From: Vectrevirus T145P2
Length of the DNA stretch: 44,662 nt
Reading direction: 5' to 3' (one strand)
Sequence record: OZ035802.1
This document shows, piece by piece, positions 34,074 through 44,513 of this stretch. A program made the translations under genes and the position numbers. The first letter of the stretch is position 1; each line of letters starts with the position of its first letter. The notes under the pieces are model-generated. The model saw only the letters and a program-made list of their open reading frames with translations, searched no databases and had not been told where the DNA came from.

Positions 34074-36475
34074 TGGAAGTACAAGGTTCATTAGATAGAC
34101 AAATCCAAGGGATTAGCCAGCAGCCGCCAGCGGTACGCTTGGATGGTCAGTGCACAGCTATGGTTAATATGATACCTGATGTAGTGAATGGTACTCAATC
34201 ACGCATGGGTACAACTCATATTGCAAAGATACTTGATGCGGGGACTGATGACATGGCTACTCATCATTATCGCAGAGGTGATGGTGATGAAGAGTATTTC
34301 TTCACGTTGAAGAAAGGACAAGTTCCTGAGATATTTGATAAGTATGGGCGCAAATGTAATGTGACTTCACAAGATGCACCTATGACCTACCTCTCTGAGG
34401 TTGTTAATCCAAGGGAAGATGTGCAATTCATGACGATAGCTGATGTTACTTTCATGCTTAATCGTAGGAAAGTAGTTAAAGCTAGTAACAGGAAGTCACC
34501 TAAAGTTGGAAACAAAGCCATTGTGTTTTGTGCGTATGGTCAATATGGTACATCTTATTCCATTGTAATTAATGGGACCAACGCTGCTAGTTTTAAAACA
34601 CCGGATGGTGGAAGTGCAGACCATGTTGAACAAATTCGAACTGAACGTATCACTTCTGAATTGTACGCTAAGTTGCAGCAATGGAGCGGTGTGAGTGACT
34701 ATGAAATACAAAGAGACGGTACTAGTATATTTATCGAGAGACGGGATGGTGCTAGCTTTACAATAACAACCACCGATGGTGCAAAAGGTAAGGACTTAGT
34801 GGCTATCAAGAATAAAGTTAGCTCTACTGACCTACTCCCTTCTCGTGCGCCTGCTGGTTATAAAGTACAAGTGTGGCCTACTGGCAGCAAACCTGAGTCT
34901 CGTTACTGGCTGCAAGCTGAGCCTAAAGAGGGAAACCTTGTGTCTTGGAAAGAAACAATAGCTGCTGATGTATTACTTGGGTTTGATAAAGGCACAATGC
35001 CTTACATTATTGAACGTACAGGTATCATCGACGGCATAGCTCAATTCAAGATAAGACAAGGTGATTGGGAAGATCGTAAAGTAGGGGATGACTTGACTAA
35101 CCCTATGCCTTCTTTTATTGATGAGGAAGTACCCCAGACAATAGGTGGAATGTTCATGGTGCAGAACCGCCTATGCTTTACAGCAGGTGAAGCGGTTATT
35201 GCTTCTCGTACATCATACTTCTTCGATTTCTTTCGTTATACGGTTATCTCTGCATTGGCAACTGACCCATTTGATATTTTCTCAGATGCTAGTGAAGTCT
35301 ACCAGCTAAAACATGCAGTGACCTTAGATGGCGCTACCGTGTTGTTCTCTGATAAGTCACAATTCATACTGCCAGGCGATAAGCCTTTAGAGAAGTCAAA
35401 TGCACTGCTTAAGCCTGTTACAACATTTGAAGTGAACAATAAGGTGAAGCCAGTAGTAACTGGTGAATCGGTAATGTTTGCCACTAATGATGGTTCTTAC
35501 TCTGGTGTACGAGAGTTCTATACAGACTCTTATAGTGACACTAAGAAGGCACAAGCAATCACAAGTCATGTGAATAAGCTTATCGAAGGTAACATTATCA
35601 ACATGGCAGCAAGTACCAATGTCAACCGATTGCTTGTCACTACCGATAAATATCGTAACATAATTTACTGCTATGATTGGTTATGGCAAGGTACAGACCG
35701 TGTACAATCAGCATGGCATGTATGGGAGTGGCCTATGGGTACAAAGGTGCGAGGTATGTTTTATTCTGGTGAATTACTTTATCTACTCCTTGAGCGAGGC
35801 GATGGCGTCTATCTGGAGAAGATGGACATGGGTGATGCACTAACCTATGGTTTGAATGACCGCATCAGAATGGATAGGCAAGCAGAGTTGATCTTCAAGC
35901 ATTTTAAAGCAGAAGATGAATGGATATCTGAACCACTTCCTTGGACTCCTACTAACCCAGAACTTTTGGATTGCATCTTAATAGAAGGGTGGGATTCATA
36001 TATTGGAGGTTCTTTCCTGTTTAAATATAACCCTAGTGATAACACCTTGTCTACAACCTTTGACATGCATGATGATAACCACGTAAAAGCGAAGGTTATT
36101 GTTGGTCAGATTTACCCTCAAGAGTTTGAACCAACACCTGTAGTTATCAGAGATAGGCAAGACCGTGTATCCTATATTGATGTACCTGTTGTGGGGTTGG
36201 TTCACCTTAATCTTGATATGTATCCTGATTTCTCCGTGGAAGTTAAGAATGTGAAGAGTGGTAAAGTACGCAGGGTGCTAGCGTCAAACCGTATAGGTGG
36301 TGCTCTCAACAACACAGTAGGTTATGTTGAACCAAGGGAGGGTGTCTTCAGATTCCCACTGAGGGCTAAGAGCACGGATGCTGTTTATCGTATTATTGTA
36401 GAATCACCTCATACATTCCAGCTTCGCGATATTGAGTGGGAAGGGAGCTACAATCCAACCAAAAGGAGGGTCTAA
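34073..36475 (+). CDS. tail tubular protein B
   Basis: ~800 aa; TAATG overlap; size and position as T7 gp12. Confidence 0.85.
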   Translation: MEVQGSLDRQIQGISQQPPAVRLDGQCTAMVNMIPDVVNGTQSRMGTTHIAKILDAGTDDMATHHYRRGDGDEEYFFTLKKGQVPEIFDKYGRKCNVTSQDAPMTYLSEVVNPREDVQFMTIADVTFMLNRRKVVKASNRKSPKVGNKAIVFCAYGQYGTSYSIVINGTNAASFKTPDGGSADHVEQIRTERITSELYAKLQQWSGVSDYEIQRDGTSIFIERRDGASFTITTTDGAKGKDLVAIKNKVSSTDLLPSRAPAGYKVQVWPTGSKPESRYWLQAEPKEGNLVSWKETIAADVLLGFDKGTMPYIIERTGIIDGIAQFKIRQGDWEDRKVGDDLTNPMPSFIDEEVPQTIGGMFMVQNRLCFTAGEAVIASRTSYFFDFFRYTVISALATDPFDIFSDASEVYQLKHAVTLDGATVLFSDKSQFILPGDKPLEKSNALLKPVTTFEVNNKVKPVVTGESVMFATNDGSYSGVREFYTDSYSDTKKAQAITSHVNKLIEGNIINMAASTNVNRLLVTTDKYRNIIYCYDWLWQGTDRVQSAWHVWEWPMGTKVRGMFYSGELLYLLLERGDGVYLEKMDMGDALTYGLNDRIRMDRQAELIFKHFKAEDEWISEPLPWTPTNPELLDCILIEGWDSYIGGSFLFKYNPSDNTLSTTFDMHDDNHVKAKVIVGQIYPQEFEPTPVVIRDRQDRVSYIDVPVVGLVHLNLDMYPDFSVEVKNVKSGKVRRVLASNRIGGALNNTVGYVEPREGVFRFPLRAKSTDAVYRIIVESPHTFQLRDIEWEGSYNPTKRRV

Positions 36476-37221
36476 TGGCTATAGGTTCAGCCGTTATGGC
36501 TGGTATGTCTTCTATTGGTAGTATGTTTGCAGGTAGCGGTGCAGCAGCCGCTGCTGGTGGTACTGCCGCAGCAGCAGGAGGGACAGCCGCCGCAGGTGGC
36601 GGAGGTTTGCTTGGCTCCCTTGGTAGTTTCTTAGGAGGTTCTTCTGCTGGCTTCTCTAATGCAGGACTGCTTAGTGCAGGTATGCAAGGTCTTGGTCTTC
36701 TAGGCAATCTTTTTGGTGGAAGTGATGAAGCCAAAGCTATGAAGAAAGCTCAGGAGGAGCAATGGCGGCAGCAGTTAATTGCTACACAAGAAGCATATAA
36801 GACAGTGGCAGATGCAGAACGCTCTGCTGCTAAACAGTATCATGCGGATGCAATAAGCAATCAGGCTTCACTACTGCAGCAGAGAGCACAGGTTGCATTG
36901 CTTGCTGGTGCTACTGGTACTGGTGGTAACTCTGTGTCTTCTATGCTGAATGACTTAGCAGCAGAAGGCGGAAGGAACCAGAGTACAATTATCGATAACT
37001 ATGAGAATCAGAAGATTAACTTCACAAACCAGCTTAAGTCCATCCAACGTGGTGGTCAGATGCAGATGCGTGAGTTTAAGAAACCTTCTGCCGTGAGCAC
37101 CTTGGTGCAAGGTATACCGAGTCTGGCATCTGCCTATGTAACAGGTAGTAAGTCCGGCATGGCTTTAGGTAAAGCTTTAACTGATTCTCGTACATATTCA
37201 TCTGGAACAAGAGGTATTTAA
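36475..37221 (+). CDS. internal virion protein (gp14-like)
   Basis: Gly/Ala-rich hydrophobic N-terminal region; TAATG overlap. Confidence 0.6.
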   Translation: MAIGSAVMAGMSSIGSMFAGSGAAAAAGGTAAAAGGTAAAGGGGLLGSLGSFLGGSSAGFSNAGLLSAGMQGLGLLGNLFGGSDEAKAMKKAQEEQWRQQLIATQEAYKTVADAERSAAKQYHADAISNQASLLQQRAQVALLAGATGTGGNSVSSMLNDLAAEGGRNQSTIIDNYENQKINFTNQLKSIQRGGQMQMREFKKPSAVSTLVQGIPSLASAYVTGSKSGMALGKALTDSRTYSSGTRGI

Positions 37222-40169
37222 TGGCAATTGAGCGACAAGCAGTACAAGGTCTGCCACAAGTGCAGGCCACTTCTCCTAATGTCATGACCTTTGCACCTCA
37301 GCGAGTTGGAGGTGTGGAGGCTGGCGTAGCTTCTACCTCCGGTAGTCGATTTATCGAAGACCTTATTCGAGCAGCCAGTAGTGTAGCTGATGTAACCACT
37401 GGTATCCTTAATCAAAAGATTGAGGAAGATAAGGTTGTTCAAATGGAACGGGCATATAACGGATTAATGCCTTCTGAGGATGCAACTCGTGGTGGCGCTC
37501 GTGCTAACATGCTTGTCAAAGCTCAACTGCTAGCTAATGATGAAGCAGCACGAATGAAAGACATGGCTACTCGTTTCCAAGGAACGGATGACGAGTGGAC
37601 ACAGCTTATGGTTGACTCTCGTAATGAGATGCAGAATAAGCTGTTCCAGCAATACCCTGAGTTGCAAGGTGACAAAGATACTATGCGTATGGTCACTAAT
37701 GTCTTCCAAGAACAGCAGCCTCAGATTTGGGCTACACGAACCCAGCATAAACTTGACCGTGAACAAGCAGACCGTGAGGATACCTTTGACGGGCGAGTGG
37801 CTTCTACTTGGGATTCTAATATTGACCCTGAAGCCTCTGGATATGCTTTACAGGAACGAATCCGCGAAGGTCTTACTCAAGGATTACTACCTGAACAGAT
37901 GCACAAGAAGTTAGTCCAGCGAGCAATTTCACTTGCACAAGGCGGTGATGTTAGCATGGCTGAAGCCCTGAAGTATGTGAAGGACGATAAGGGTGTTTCT
38001 GTTTATGCTAAGAATCCACAGCTTATCACAGCCATCACTAGTGGTAATGCAGTTTGGGCTAGGAATAATGTAGCTGATGTAACTCGTATGTCTTTCGAAG
38101 TTAAAGAATCATACCTTGCAGGCGATTTAACTGATGAAGAATTGTTGGAACGAGCACAGCACATTAATAATCTGACAGGTAACTCTGTCTTCTCTAACCC
38201 AGAACTAGAGGCACTGATGCGCCAACGAGCTAAGCAGAATGCAGGGCTAGGTGCAATGCAGGATATGCGCCGTGAGCTTTACTCCGACCGCCTGACTGGC
38301 TTCCAAGGTAAGACTGATAAAGAGAAGAAGGCTTACATTGATGTTATCAAACAAGATAGCCAACTTTATGCAGACCAGCAAATCAAACAACGTGGCTTGG
38401 ACCCTTACAGTCAAGAGGCTGAAGCTATTCGTGGTGCAGTGGAAGTGCAGCGCCTACAATTCATGAACTCCAAAGGCTTAGTGGATGATACCTTTGAGTC
38501 TCGTATCAAAGCCATGGAATCTATGCTATCGCCTGAGCACTTTGCCAAGGGCGAACCACAAGAGTTGATGACTATTCGCCAGTTGTGGGAACAGTTGCCA
38601 GAAGAGAGCCGAGGTGTCTTTGGTGACACGGTGAATGGCTACATGGATAACTACAACACTGCACTACAAATGGGAGAGACACCTTTGCAGGCTGCAAGGT
38701 TTGCGCGTGAAGCACAGCAGAAATTCTCTCGTACTGAGAAGGAAACCAAGAAGTTCAACTCAGCTATTGGAGAGGCACTGGATGAGGTGTCTGGTGCTGG
38801 CTGGTTTGATGGTAAAACCGAAGTGTCAGACTTAGGTAAAGCTATTGCGGAAGAAGAGTTACGAGCTAAGGCCAATATGTTGTGGTCTAGTGGTATGCGT
38901 AACATGGATTCCATCAAGAAGGCTTTAATTACTTGGGGCAATAAACGCTACACTCAATCAGAGGATGCAAAGACTTCCGGTGGCTATTTCATTAAAGGTG
39001 ATTACACTTCTGCATCTGATATGCTTATGTCAGTTGGGAAAGGCGTAAACCCTACCGATGTACCTCTGGCGCTTGGTAGGTATGTAGAAACACAGATGCC
39101 AGAATTGAAGAAGGAGCTTCAAGAGTGGGAAACTAAAGATGATATATACATTGATTACAATGAACAGAAAGGAACTTTTGTGATTCGTGCTGGTGCAGCA
39201 GGTCGCCCTCTTTCTGGAGTAATCCCTGTAACCTCTTTAGATACTACTTCACTACTAGATTCTGCCTATCAGAAGAAAGTAGAGGAACGAGATAAAGGCG
39301 AGTATGTTCACCCGTATCGTACAGATATTGGTGCACAAGAGCCTATGCCAGCTAAACCAACTGCCAAAGATATTGGTAAATTTGGACTAGCTAACTTCCT
39401 CATGTCTTCTGCTTTTGCTTCTGGTGAGAATCTGCCTTCTAACTTCGAGATTAACTATCGAGGTAATATGCAACAATTCTATGACAAGCTAGCTATGGAT
39501 GAGAATAAAGATAAAGTTGGCTTTAATAAGGCAACTGGAACCTTTACTCCATATAAAGACGCTCACGGTGAGTCTATCGGTTACGGTCATTTCTTAACGG
39601 AAGAAGAGAAGCGAAACGGGTATATTAAGATTGGCGATGAACTAGTTCCCTATCGAGGGTCTATGTCTCAGCTTACAGAGAGCAAGGCTCGCGCCCTTAT
39701 GGAGCAAGATGCTAAGAAGCATGTGCCTCCTACTCGTGACTGGAAGATTCCGTTTGACCAGATGCATCCTGCACAGCAACGTGGCTTGATGGATTTAACC
39801 TACAATTTAGGTAAAGGTGGAATCCAGAACTCACCGCGTGCTCTTGCTGCATTCAAAGCTGGTAAGCTTACGGAGGGTTTTATCGAAATGCTGGGCACTG
39901 CATCAAGTGAAGGTAAGCGTATTCCTGGCCTACTGAAGCGACGCGCTGAGGCATACAATATGGCATCTGCTGGTGGTGTGCCTAAGATTACCGAAGTGGA
40001 GACTCGTGAAGATGGCTCCATGTGGGTTAGGTTTGGTGGACCTATGCCAGCAGGTTCTGTCTCGGCATGGACTCATAAACGTATTGGCGCGGATGGTTGG
40101 TATCAGGTTTATGAGGCTGCACCTACAAAGTTAGCTAAAGGTTCTAAGGTAGGTAAAGTTAAGTTGTAG
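37221..40169 (+). CDS. internal virion protein with C-terminal T4-lysozyme-like peptidoglycan hydrolase domain
   Basis: 982 aa; C-terminal region (~39520..39970) KDAHGESIGYGHFLTEEE...LMDLTYNLGKGG resembles a GH24 phage lysozyme. Confidence 0.75.
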   Translation: MAIERQAVQGLPQVQATSPNVMTFAPQRVGGVEAGVASTSGSRFIEDLIRAASSVADVTTGILNQKIEEDKVVQMERAYNGLMPSEDATRGGARANMLVKAQLLANDEAARMKDMATRFQGTDDEWTQLMVDSRNEMQNKLFQQYPELQGDKDTMRMVTNVFQEQQPQIWATRTQHKLDREQADREDTFDGRVASTWDSNIDPEASGYALQERIREGLTQGLLPEQMHKKLVQRAISLAQGGDVSMAEALKYVKDDKGVSVYAKNPQLITAITSGNAVWARNNVADVTRMSFEVKESYLAGDLTDEELLERAQHINNLTGNSVFSNPELEALMRQRAKQNAGLGAMQDMRRELYSDRLTGFQGKTDKEKKAYIDVIKQDSQLYADQQIKQRGLDPYSQEAEAIRGAVEVQRLQFMNSKGLVDDTFESRIKAMESMLSPEHFAKGEPQELMTIRQLWEQLPEESRGVFGDTVNGYMDNYNTALQMGETPLQAARFAREAQQKFSRTEKETKKFNSAIGEALDEVSGAGWFDGKTEVSDLGKAIAEEELRAKANMLWSSGMRNMDSIKKALITWGNKRYTQSEDAKTSGGYFIKGDYTSASDMLMSVGKGVNPTDVPLALGRYVETQMPELKKELQEWETKDDIYIDYNEQKGTFVIRAGAAGRPLSGVIPVTSLDTTSLLDSAYQKKVEERDKGEYVHPYRTDIGAQEPMPAKPTAKDIGKFGLANFLMSSAFASGENLPSNFEINYRGNMQQFYDKLAMDENKDKVGFNKATGTFTPYKDAHGESIGYGHFLTEEEKRNGYIKIGDELVPYRGSMSQLTESKARALMEQDAKKHVPPTRDWKIPFDQMHPAQQRGLMDLTYNLGKGGIQNSPRALAAFKAGKLTEGFIEMLGTASSEGKRIPGLLKRRAEAYNMASAGGVPKITEVETREDGSMWVRFGGPMPAGSVSAWTHKRIGADGWYQVYEAAPTKLAKGSKVGKVKL

Positions 40170-40186
40170 TACCTAACTCAAGGCTT

Positions 40187-40202
40187 GTCTCACATGTGAG
40201 AC
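40187..40202. repeat. GTCTCACATGTGAGAC palindrome, copy 6
   Basis: perfect core with extended flanking complementarity (GCTTGTCTCACATGTGAGACAGG). Confidence 0.7.
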
Positions 40203-40233
40203 AGGTCTTTATGATAGGCACTATGGAGGAATT

Positions 40234-43200
40234 ATGGAACAAGACATTAAGACGAATTGGGCTGGATATGTCCAGTCTACTCCTGAGCCGTTTTCTATTG
40301 AGGCGGCTCCGGTATCGGCTCCTACGATACGCCAGCGTAATGAGTTACAAGAGCAAGTTCTTGAAGCTAAAGCTGACGCTGATATTTTAGGTGCTGTAGG
40401 TGCTGCCTTCCAGAATGAGTGGTTGGCATTCGGAGGCAAGCGGTGGTATGACCGTGCCACTGCTGATTTCACACCTCAACCAGACTTTGAGATACAACCT
40501 GAGCAACGTGAAGCACTACGTTTCAAATATGGTACGGATATGATGCAGACAATCACTGAGGGTGTTCGTTCTGAGGATGAATTGAACTTCCGTATTCAGA
40601 ATGCTGATGAAGACCTTGAGCGCAATAAGCGCATTGCTCAGGCTGGCTGGGTTGGCTCTGTGGCGACGATTGGCGCTGCTGTGCTTGACCCTGTGGGATG
40701 GGTTGCCTCTATTCCAACCGGTGGTGCCGCTAAAGTTGGGCTCGTAGGCCGTGCTGTGCGTGGCGCTATCGCCGCTGGCGTGAGTAATGCCGCTATTGAA
40801 TCCGTATTGGTCCAAGGTGACATGACTCGTGATTTGGATGACATTATGGTAGCACTAGGTTCCGGTATGGCGATGGGTGGCGTTATTGGCGCTGTAGCGC
40901 GTGGTAGGGCCACTAAGCTCAGTGAGCAAGGGGATGACAGGGCTGCGAGCATTGTGCGCAGTGCAGACGCAGGGGACCGCTATGTGCGTGCTGTTGCTGA
41001 TGATAGTATCGGTGCGATGCGTGTTAAGGGTGAAGAGGTACTCACGGAGGGTGCATTTGATGTCTCTAGCAAAGGTGAAGATTTGCTGAAAACCCTACAG
41101 CGGGAAGGTAATGCAATTGATATGACCCCTCGCCGCTGGGCCGGAACTCTGTCTGCCCTTGGTACTGTCGTACATTCCTCTCAGGATGCAAGTGTACGCG
41201 GCCTTGGTGCTCGCCTGTTTGAGTCCCCCCAAGGCTTAGGTATGCAGAAGGCATCTGCTAGTCTCATGCAGAATACTAACTTGAACCGTCTGAAATCTGC
41301 TGATATGAACCGTTTCAATGACGGGTTTGACTTATGGCTCAAAGAAAATAATATCAATCCAGTTGCAGGTCATACTAACTCTCACTATGTGCAGCAATAT
41401 AATGAGAAGGTATGGGAAGCTGTACGCATCGGTATGGATGAGTCTACGCCTAAGTCTATCCGTATGGCAGCAGAGGGGCAGCAAGCTATGTATCGTGAAG
41501 CATTAGCATTACGTCAACGCTCTGGTGAAGCTGGGTTTGAAAAGGTTAAAGCAGATGATAAGTACATGCCTGATATTTTTGACAGTATGAAGGCTCGTCG
41601 TCAATTCAGTATGCACGATAAAGAGGACATCATTGAGTTATTCTCTCGTGCATACCAGAATGGTTCTCGTAAGGTTCCAAAGGAAGTGGCTGATGATATT
41701 GCACGAGCACAAGTAAACCGCGTTGCTGATGCCACCTTGACCGGACAGCTTAGCTTTGAAAAGGCTATGTCTGGTCAAACCAAAGCAGAATATGAAGCAC
41801 TCATGCGCAAAGCAGGCTTTAGTGATGAAGAGATTGAAAAGATGGTAGAAGCTCTGGATAATAAAGAAACCAGAGATAATATCTCTAACCGAGCTAAGAT
41901 GAGTTTAGGCTTAGATGTTACTCAAGAGTACAATGGTATTCGTATGCGTGACTTTATGAACACTAACGTGGAAGAGTTAACAGATAACTACATGAAGGAA
42001 GCGGCAGGTGGTGCTGCCTTGGCTCGTCAAGGTTTCTCTACCTATCAGGCTGCACTTAATGCAATTGATCTTGTAGAGCGAAATGCACGAAATGCAGCTA
42101 AAGATACAAAAGCACACGCACAATTTGAAGCGGAGTCGGCTAAGATCCGTCAATCAGAGCCTGATTACAAGAAGGCACAAGAGAAGATTGAAGAGTTAAA
42201 GAAGCGACTTAAATTGAAAGAGAAAGATGAAGCAGCAGGTCTGGCTATTGATGAAGAAATCCGTCAGATGCGAGAGGGGCTTCGCTTGATTATGGGTAAA
42301 TCTATCGATTCAAACCCACAAGATTTGTCTACTAAAATGCTGCGTCGTGGGCGTGACATTACAGGCGTACTTCGCTTAGGTCAGATGGGCTTCGCACAGC
42401 TAGGTGAACTTGCTAACTTCATGGGTGAGTTTGGTATTGCTGCCACCACTATGGCTTTAGGTAAGCAATTCCGCTTCACCTCTAAGGCGTTGCGTAATGG
42501 CGATGGCTTCTTTCGAGATAAGAATTTAGCTGAGGTTGAGCGAATGGTAGGTTACATTGGTGAAGACAACTGGCTAACAACTAAGGGTGCGCGTCCAGAT
42601 GAGTTTGGTGATGTAACCACAGTGCGAGGTATGATGGCCCATTTTGACCAGTCCATGAACTCTATACGACGTGCTCAGACAAACCTATCCCTCTTCCGCA
42701 TGGCACAGGGTTCTCTGGAGCGAATGACCAATAGGCAAATAGCTTTGTCTTTCATTGACCACCTTGAAGGCAAGAAGATTATTCCTCAGAAGAAACTGGA
42801 GGAACTTGGTCTTACTCAGGAGTTCATGACTAACCTACAGAAGCACTATGATGCTAACTCTAAAGGTTCTGGCTTGCTTGGCTTTGATACAATGCCTTAT
42901 GCCATGGGTGAAACTTTAGCTAATGCTATTCGTCGTAAGTCAGGTCTAATTATCCAACGTAACTTCATTGGTGATGAAGGTATCTGGATGAACAAAGCAC
43001 TAGGTAAGACATTTGCACAGCTTAAGTCGTTCTCTCTTGTATCTGGTGAGAAGCAATTTGGTCGAGGGATTCGCCACGATAAAATTGGTCTTGCTAAGAA
43101 GACAGCTTACGGTTTTGCTTTGGGTTCAATAGTGTATGCGGCAAAAGCCTATGTGAACTCTATTGGTCGAGAAGACCAAGATGAATATTTGGAAGAGAAG

Positions 43201-43542
43201 TTATCGCCTAAAGGGTTGGCCTTTGGTGCAATGGGTATGATGAGTACAACTGCTGTATTTAGTCTAGGTGGAGATTTCTTAGGTGGCCTAGGTGTTCTAC
43301 CTTCTGAGTTAGTACAATCCCGTTATGAGGCTGGCTTTCAGACTAAGGGGTTGATAGACCAAATACCACTAGTAGGTGTTGGTCAAGATGCATATCGTTT
43401 AGCAGATTCTATAACTAGATACGCAGAGGGTGATACAGAAGGTGTAGATGTGGCACGTAGGGCTTTACGCTTAGTGCCTCTAGCTAATGTAATAGGAATC
43501 CAGAACGCATTGCGTTATGGCTTAGATGAACTGGAGGATTAA
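40234..43542 (+). CDS. large internal virion protein (gp16-like ejectosome component)
   Basis: 1102 aa; GGAGG RBS; largely helical; last of three internal virion genes. Confidence 0.75.
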   Translation: MEQDIKTNWAGYVQSTPEPFSIEAAPVSAPTIRQRNELQEQVLEAKADADILGAVGAAFQNEWLAFGGKRWYDRATADFTPQPDFEIQPEQREALRFKYGTDMMQTITEGVRSEDELNFRIQNADEDLERNKRIAQAGWVGSVATIGAAVLDPVGWVASIPTGGAAKVGLVGRAVRGAIAAGVSNAAIESVLVQGDMTRDLDDIMVALGSGMAMGGVIGAVARGRATKLSEQGDDRAASIVRSADAGDRYVRAVADDSIGAMRVKGEEVLTEGAFDVSSKGEDLLKTLQREGNAIDMTPRRWAGTLSALGTVVHSSQDASVRGLGARLFESPQGLGMQKASASLMQNTNLNRLKSADMNRFNDGFDLWLKENNINPVAGHTNSHYVQQYNEKVWEAVRIGMDESTPKSIRMAAEGQQAMYREALALRQRSGEAGFEKVKADDKYMPDIFDSMKARRQFSMHDKEDIIELFSRAYQNGSRKVPKEVADDIARAQVNRVADATLTGQLSFEKAMSGQTKAEYEALMRKAGFSDEEIEKMVEALDNKETRDNISNRAKMSLGLDVTQEYNGIRMRDFMNTNVEELTDNYMKEAAGGAALARQGFSTYQAALNAIDLVERNARNAAKDTKAHAQFEAESAKIRQSEPDYKKAQEKIEELKKRLKLKEKDEAAGLAIDEEIRQMREGLRLIMGKSIDSNPQDLSTKMLRRGRDITGVLRLGQMGFAQLGELANFMGEFGIAATTMALGKQFRFTSKALRNGDGFFRDKNLAEVERMVGYIGEDNWLTTKGARPDEFGDVTTVRGMMAHFDQSMNSIRRAQTNLSLFRMAQGSLERMTNRQIALSFIDHLEGKKIIPQKKLEELGLTQEFMTNLQKHYDANSKGSGLLGFDTMPYAMGETLANAIRRKSGLIIQRNFIGDEGIWMNKALGKTFAQLKSFSLVSGEKQFGRGIRHDKIGLAKKTAYGFALGSIVYAAKAYVNSIGREDQDEYLEEKLSPKGLAFGAMGMMSTTAVFSLGGDFLGGLGVLPSELVQSRYEAGFQTKGLIDQIPLVGVGQDAYRLADSITRYAEGDTEGVDVARRALRLVPLANVIGIQNALRYGLDELED

Positions 43543-44504
43543 TGAGTTATACTTTCACAGAACATATAGCCAACGGTACGCAAGTAACCTATCCCTTTAG
43601 CTTTGCTGGTAGGGATAAAGGTTATCTTCGTGCCTCAGATGTGATAGTGGAGTCTCTTCAAGGTAGCACTTGGATTGAGGTTACATCTGGCTGGCAACTA
43701 ACTGGCACGCACCAGATTACTTTTGATGTAGCACCAGTTGTAGGTTTGAAGTTCCGTATTCGAAGGGAAGTACAAAAGGAGTATCCATACGCTGAGTTTG
43801 ACCGTGGTGTTACCTTGGATATGAAGTCTTTAAATGGTTCTTTCATTCATATGCTGGAGATTACACAGGAGTTACTTGACGGGTTTTATCCAGAAGGATA
43901 CTTCATTAAACAGAATGTAAGCTGGGGCGGCAATAAGATTACTGATTTGGCTGATGGCACAAATCCTGGAGATGCAGTAAATAAAGGGCAGCTTGATGCC
44001 ATCGACAAGAAGCATACAGATTGGAACGCCAAACAGGACATTGAGATTGCTGGCCTTAAGGCTGGTATGACTTCTGGTATTGCGCACAGAACTGTTCCTT
44101 GGTACACGATAGCCCAAGGTGGTGAGATTTCCGTAAAACCACCTTATGAATTTCAAGATGCACTAGTTTTCCTTAATGGGGTATTGCAGCACCAAATTGT
44201 AGGCGCATACTCTATAAGCAACAACACTATCACTTTCGCAGAGCCGCTTGTGGCGGGTACAGAGGTGTATGTGCTGATTGGTAGTCGTGTGGCTACATCT
44301 GAACCTAATATTCAGTTAGAGTTGAACTTTGACTTAGTAGAAGGCCAACAAGTAGTACAGATTGGCTCTGCATTTAAGTACATTGAGGTCTACCTTGATG
44401 GATTATTACAACCTAAACTTGCTTATCAGGTAGACGGTGACATTGTTACTTTCTCAGAAAGAGTACCAGAATGCCGGATGACTGCTAAGATTATCACAGC
44501 ATAA
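43542..44504 (+). CDS. tail fiber N-terminal-domain-like adaptor protein
   Basis: 320 aa; N-terminus resembles the tail-attachment domain of T7 gp17; too short for a full fiber, so probably docks the two tailspikes. Confidence 0.8.
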   Translation: MSYTFTEHIANGTQVTYPFSFAGRDKGYLRASDVIVESLQGSTWIEVTSGWQLTGTHQITFDVAPVVGLKFRIRREVQKEYPYAEFDRGVTLDMKSLNGSFIHMLEITQELLDGFYPEGYFIKQNVSWGGNKITDLADGTNPGDAVNKGQLDAIDKKHTDWNAKQDIEIAGLKAGMTSGIAHRTVPWYTIAQGGEISVKPPYEFQDALVFLNGVLQHQIVGAYSISNNTITFAEPLVAGTEVYVLIGSRVATSEPNIQLELNFDLVEGQQVVQIGSAFKYIEVYLDGLLQPKLAYQVDGDIVTFSERVPECRMTAKIITA

Positions 44505-44513
44505 GGGGGTGGG

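Noticed and set aside
1246-40952. Other minus-strand ORFs in the track (e.g. 1307..1804, 3045..3554, 11229..11762, 19769..20221, 30425..30805, 32481..33203, 36393..36734, 40638..40952)
   Set aside because: Each is embedded antisense within terminase, RNAP, polymerase, portal, capsid or virion protein genes with motif-level support on the + strand; no promoters or RBS on the minus strand.
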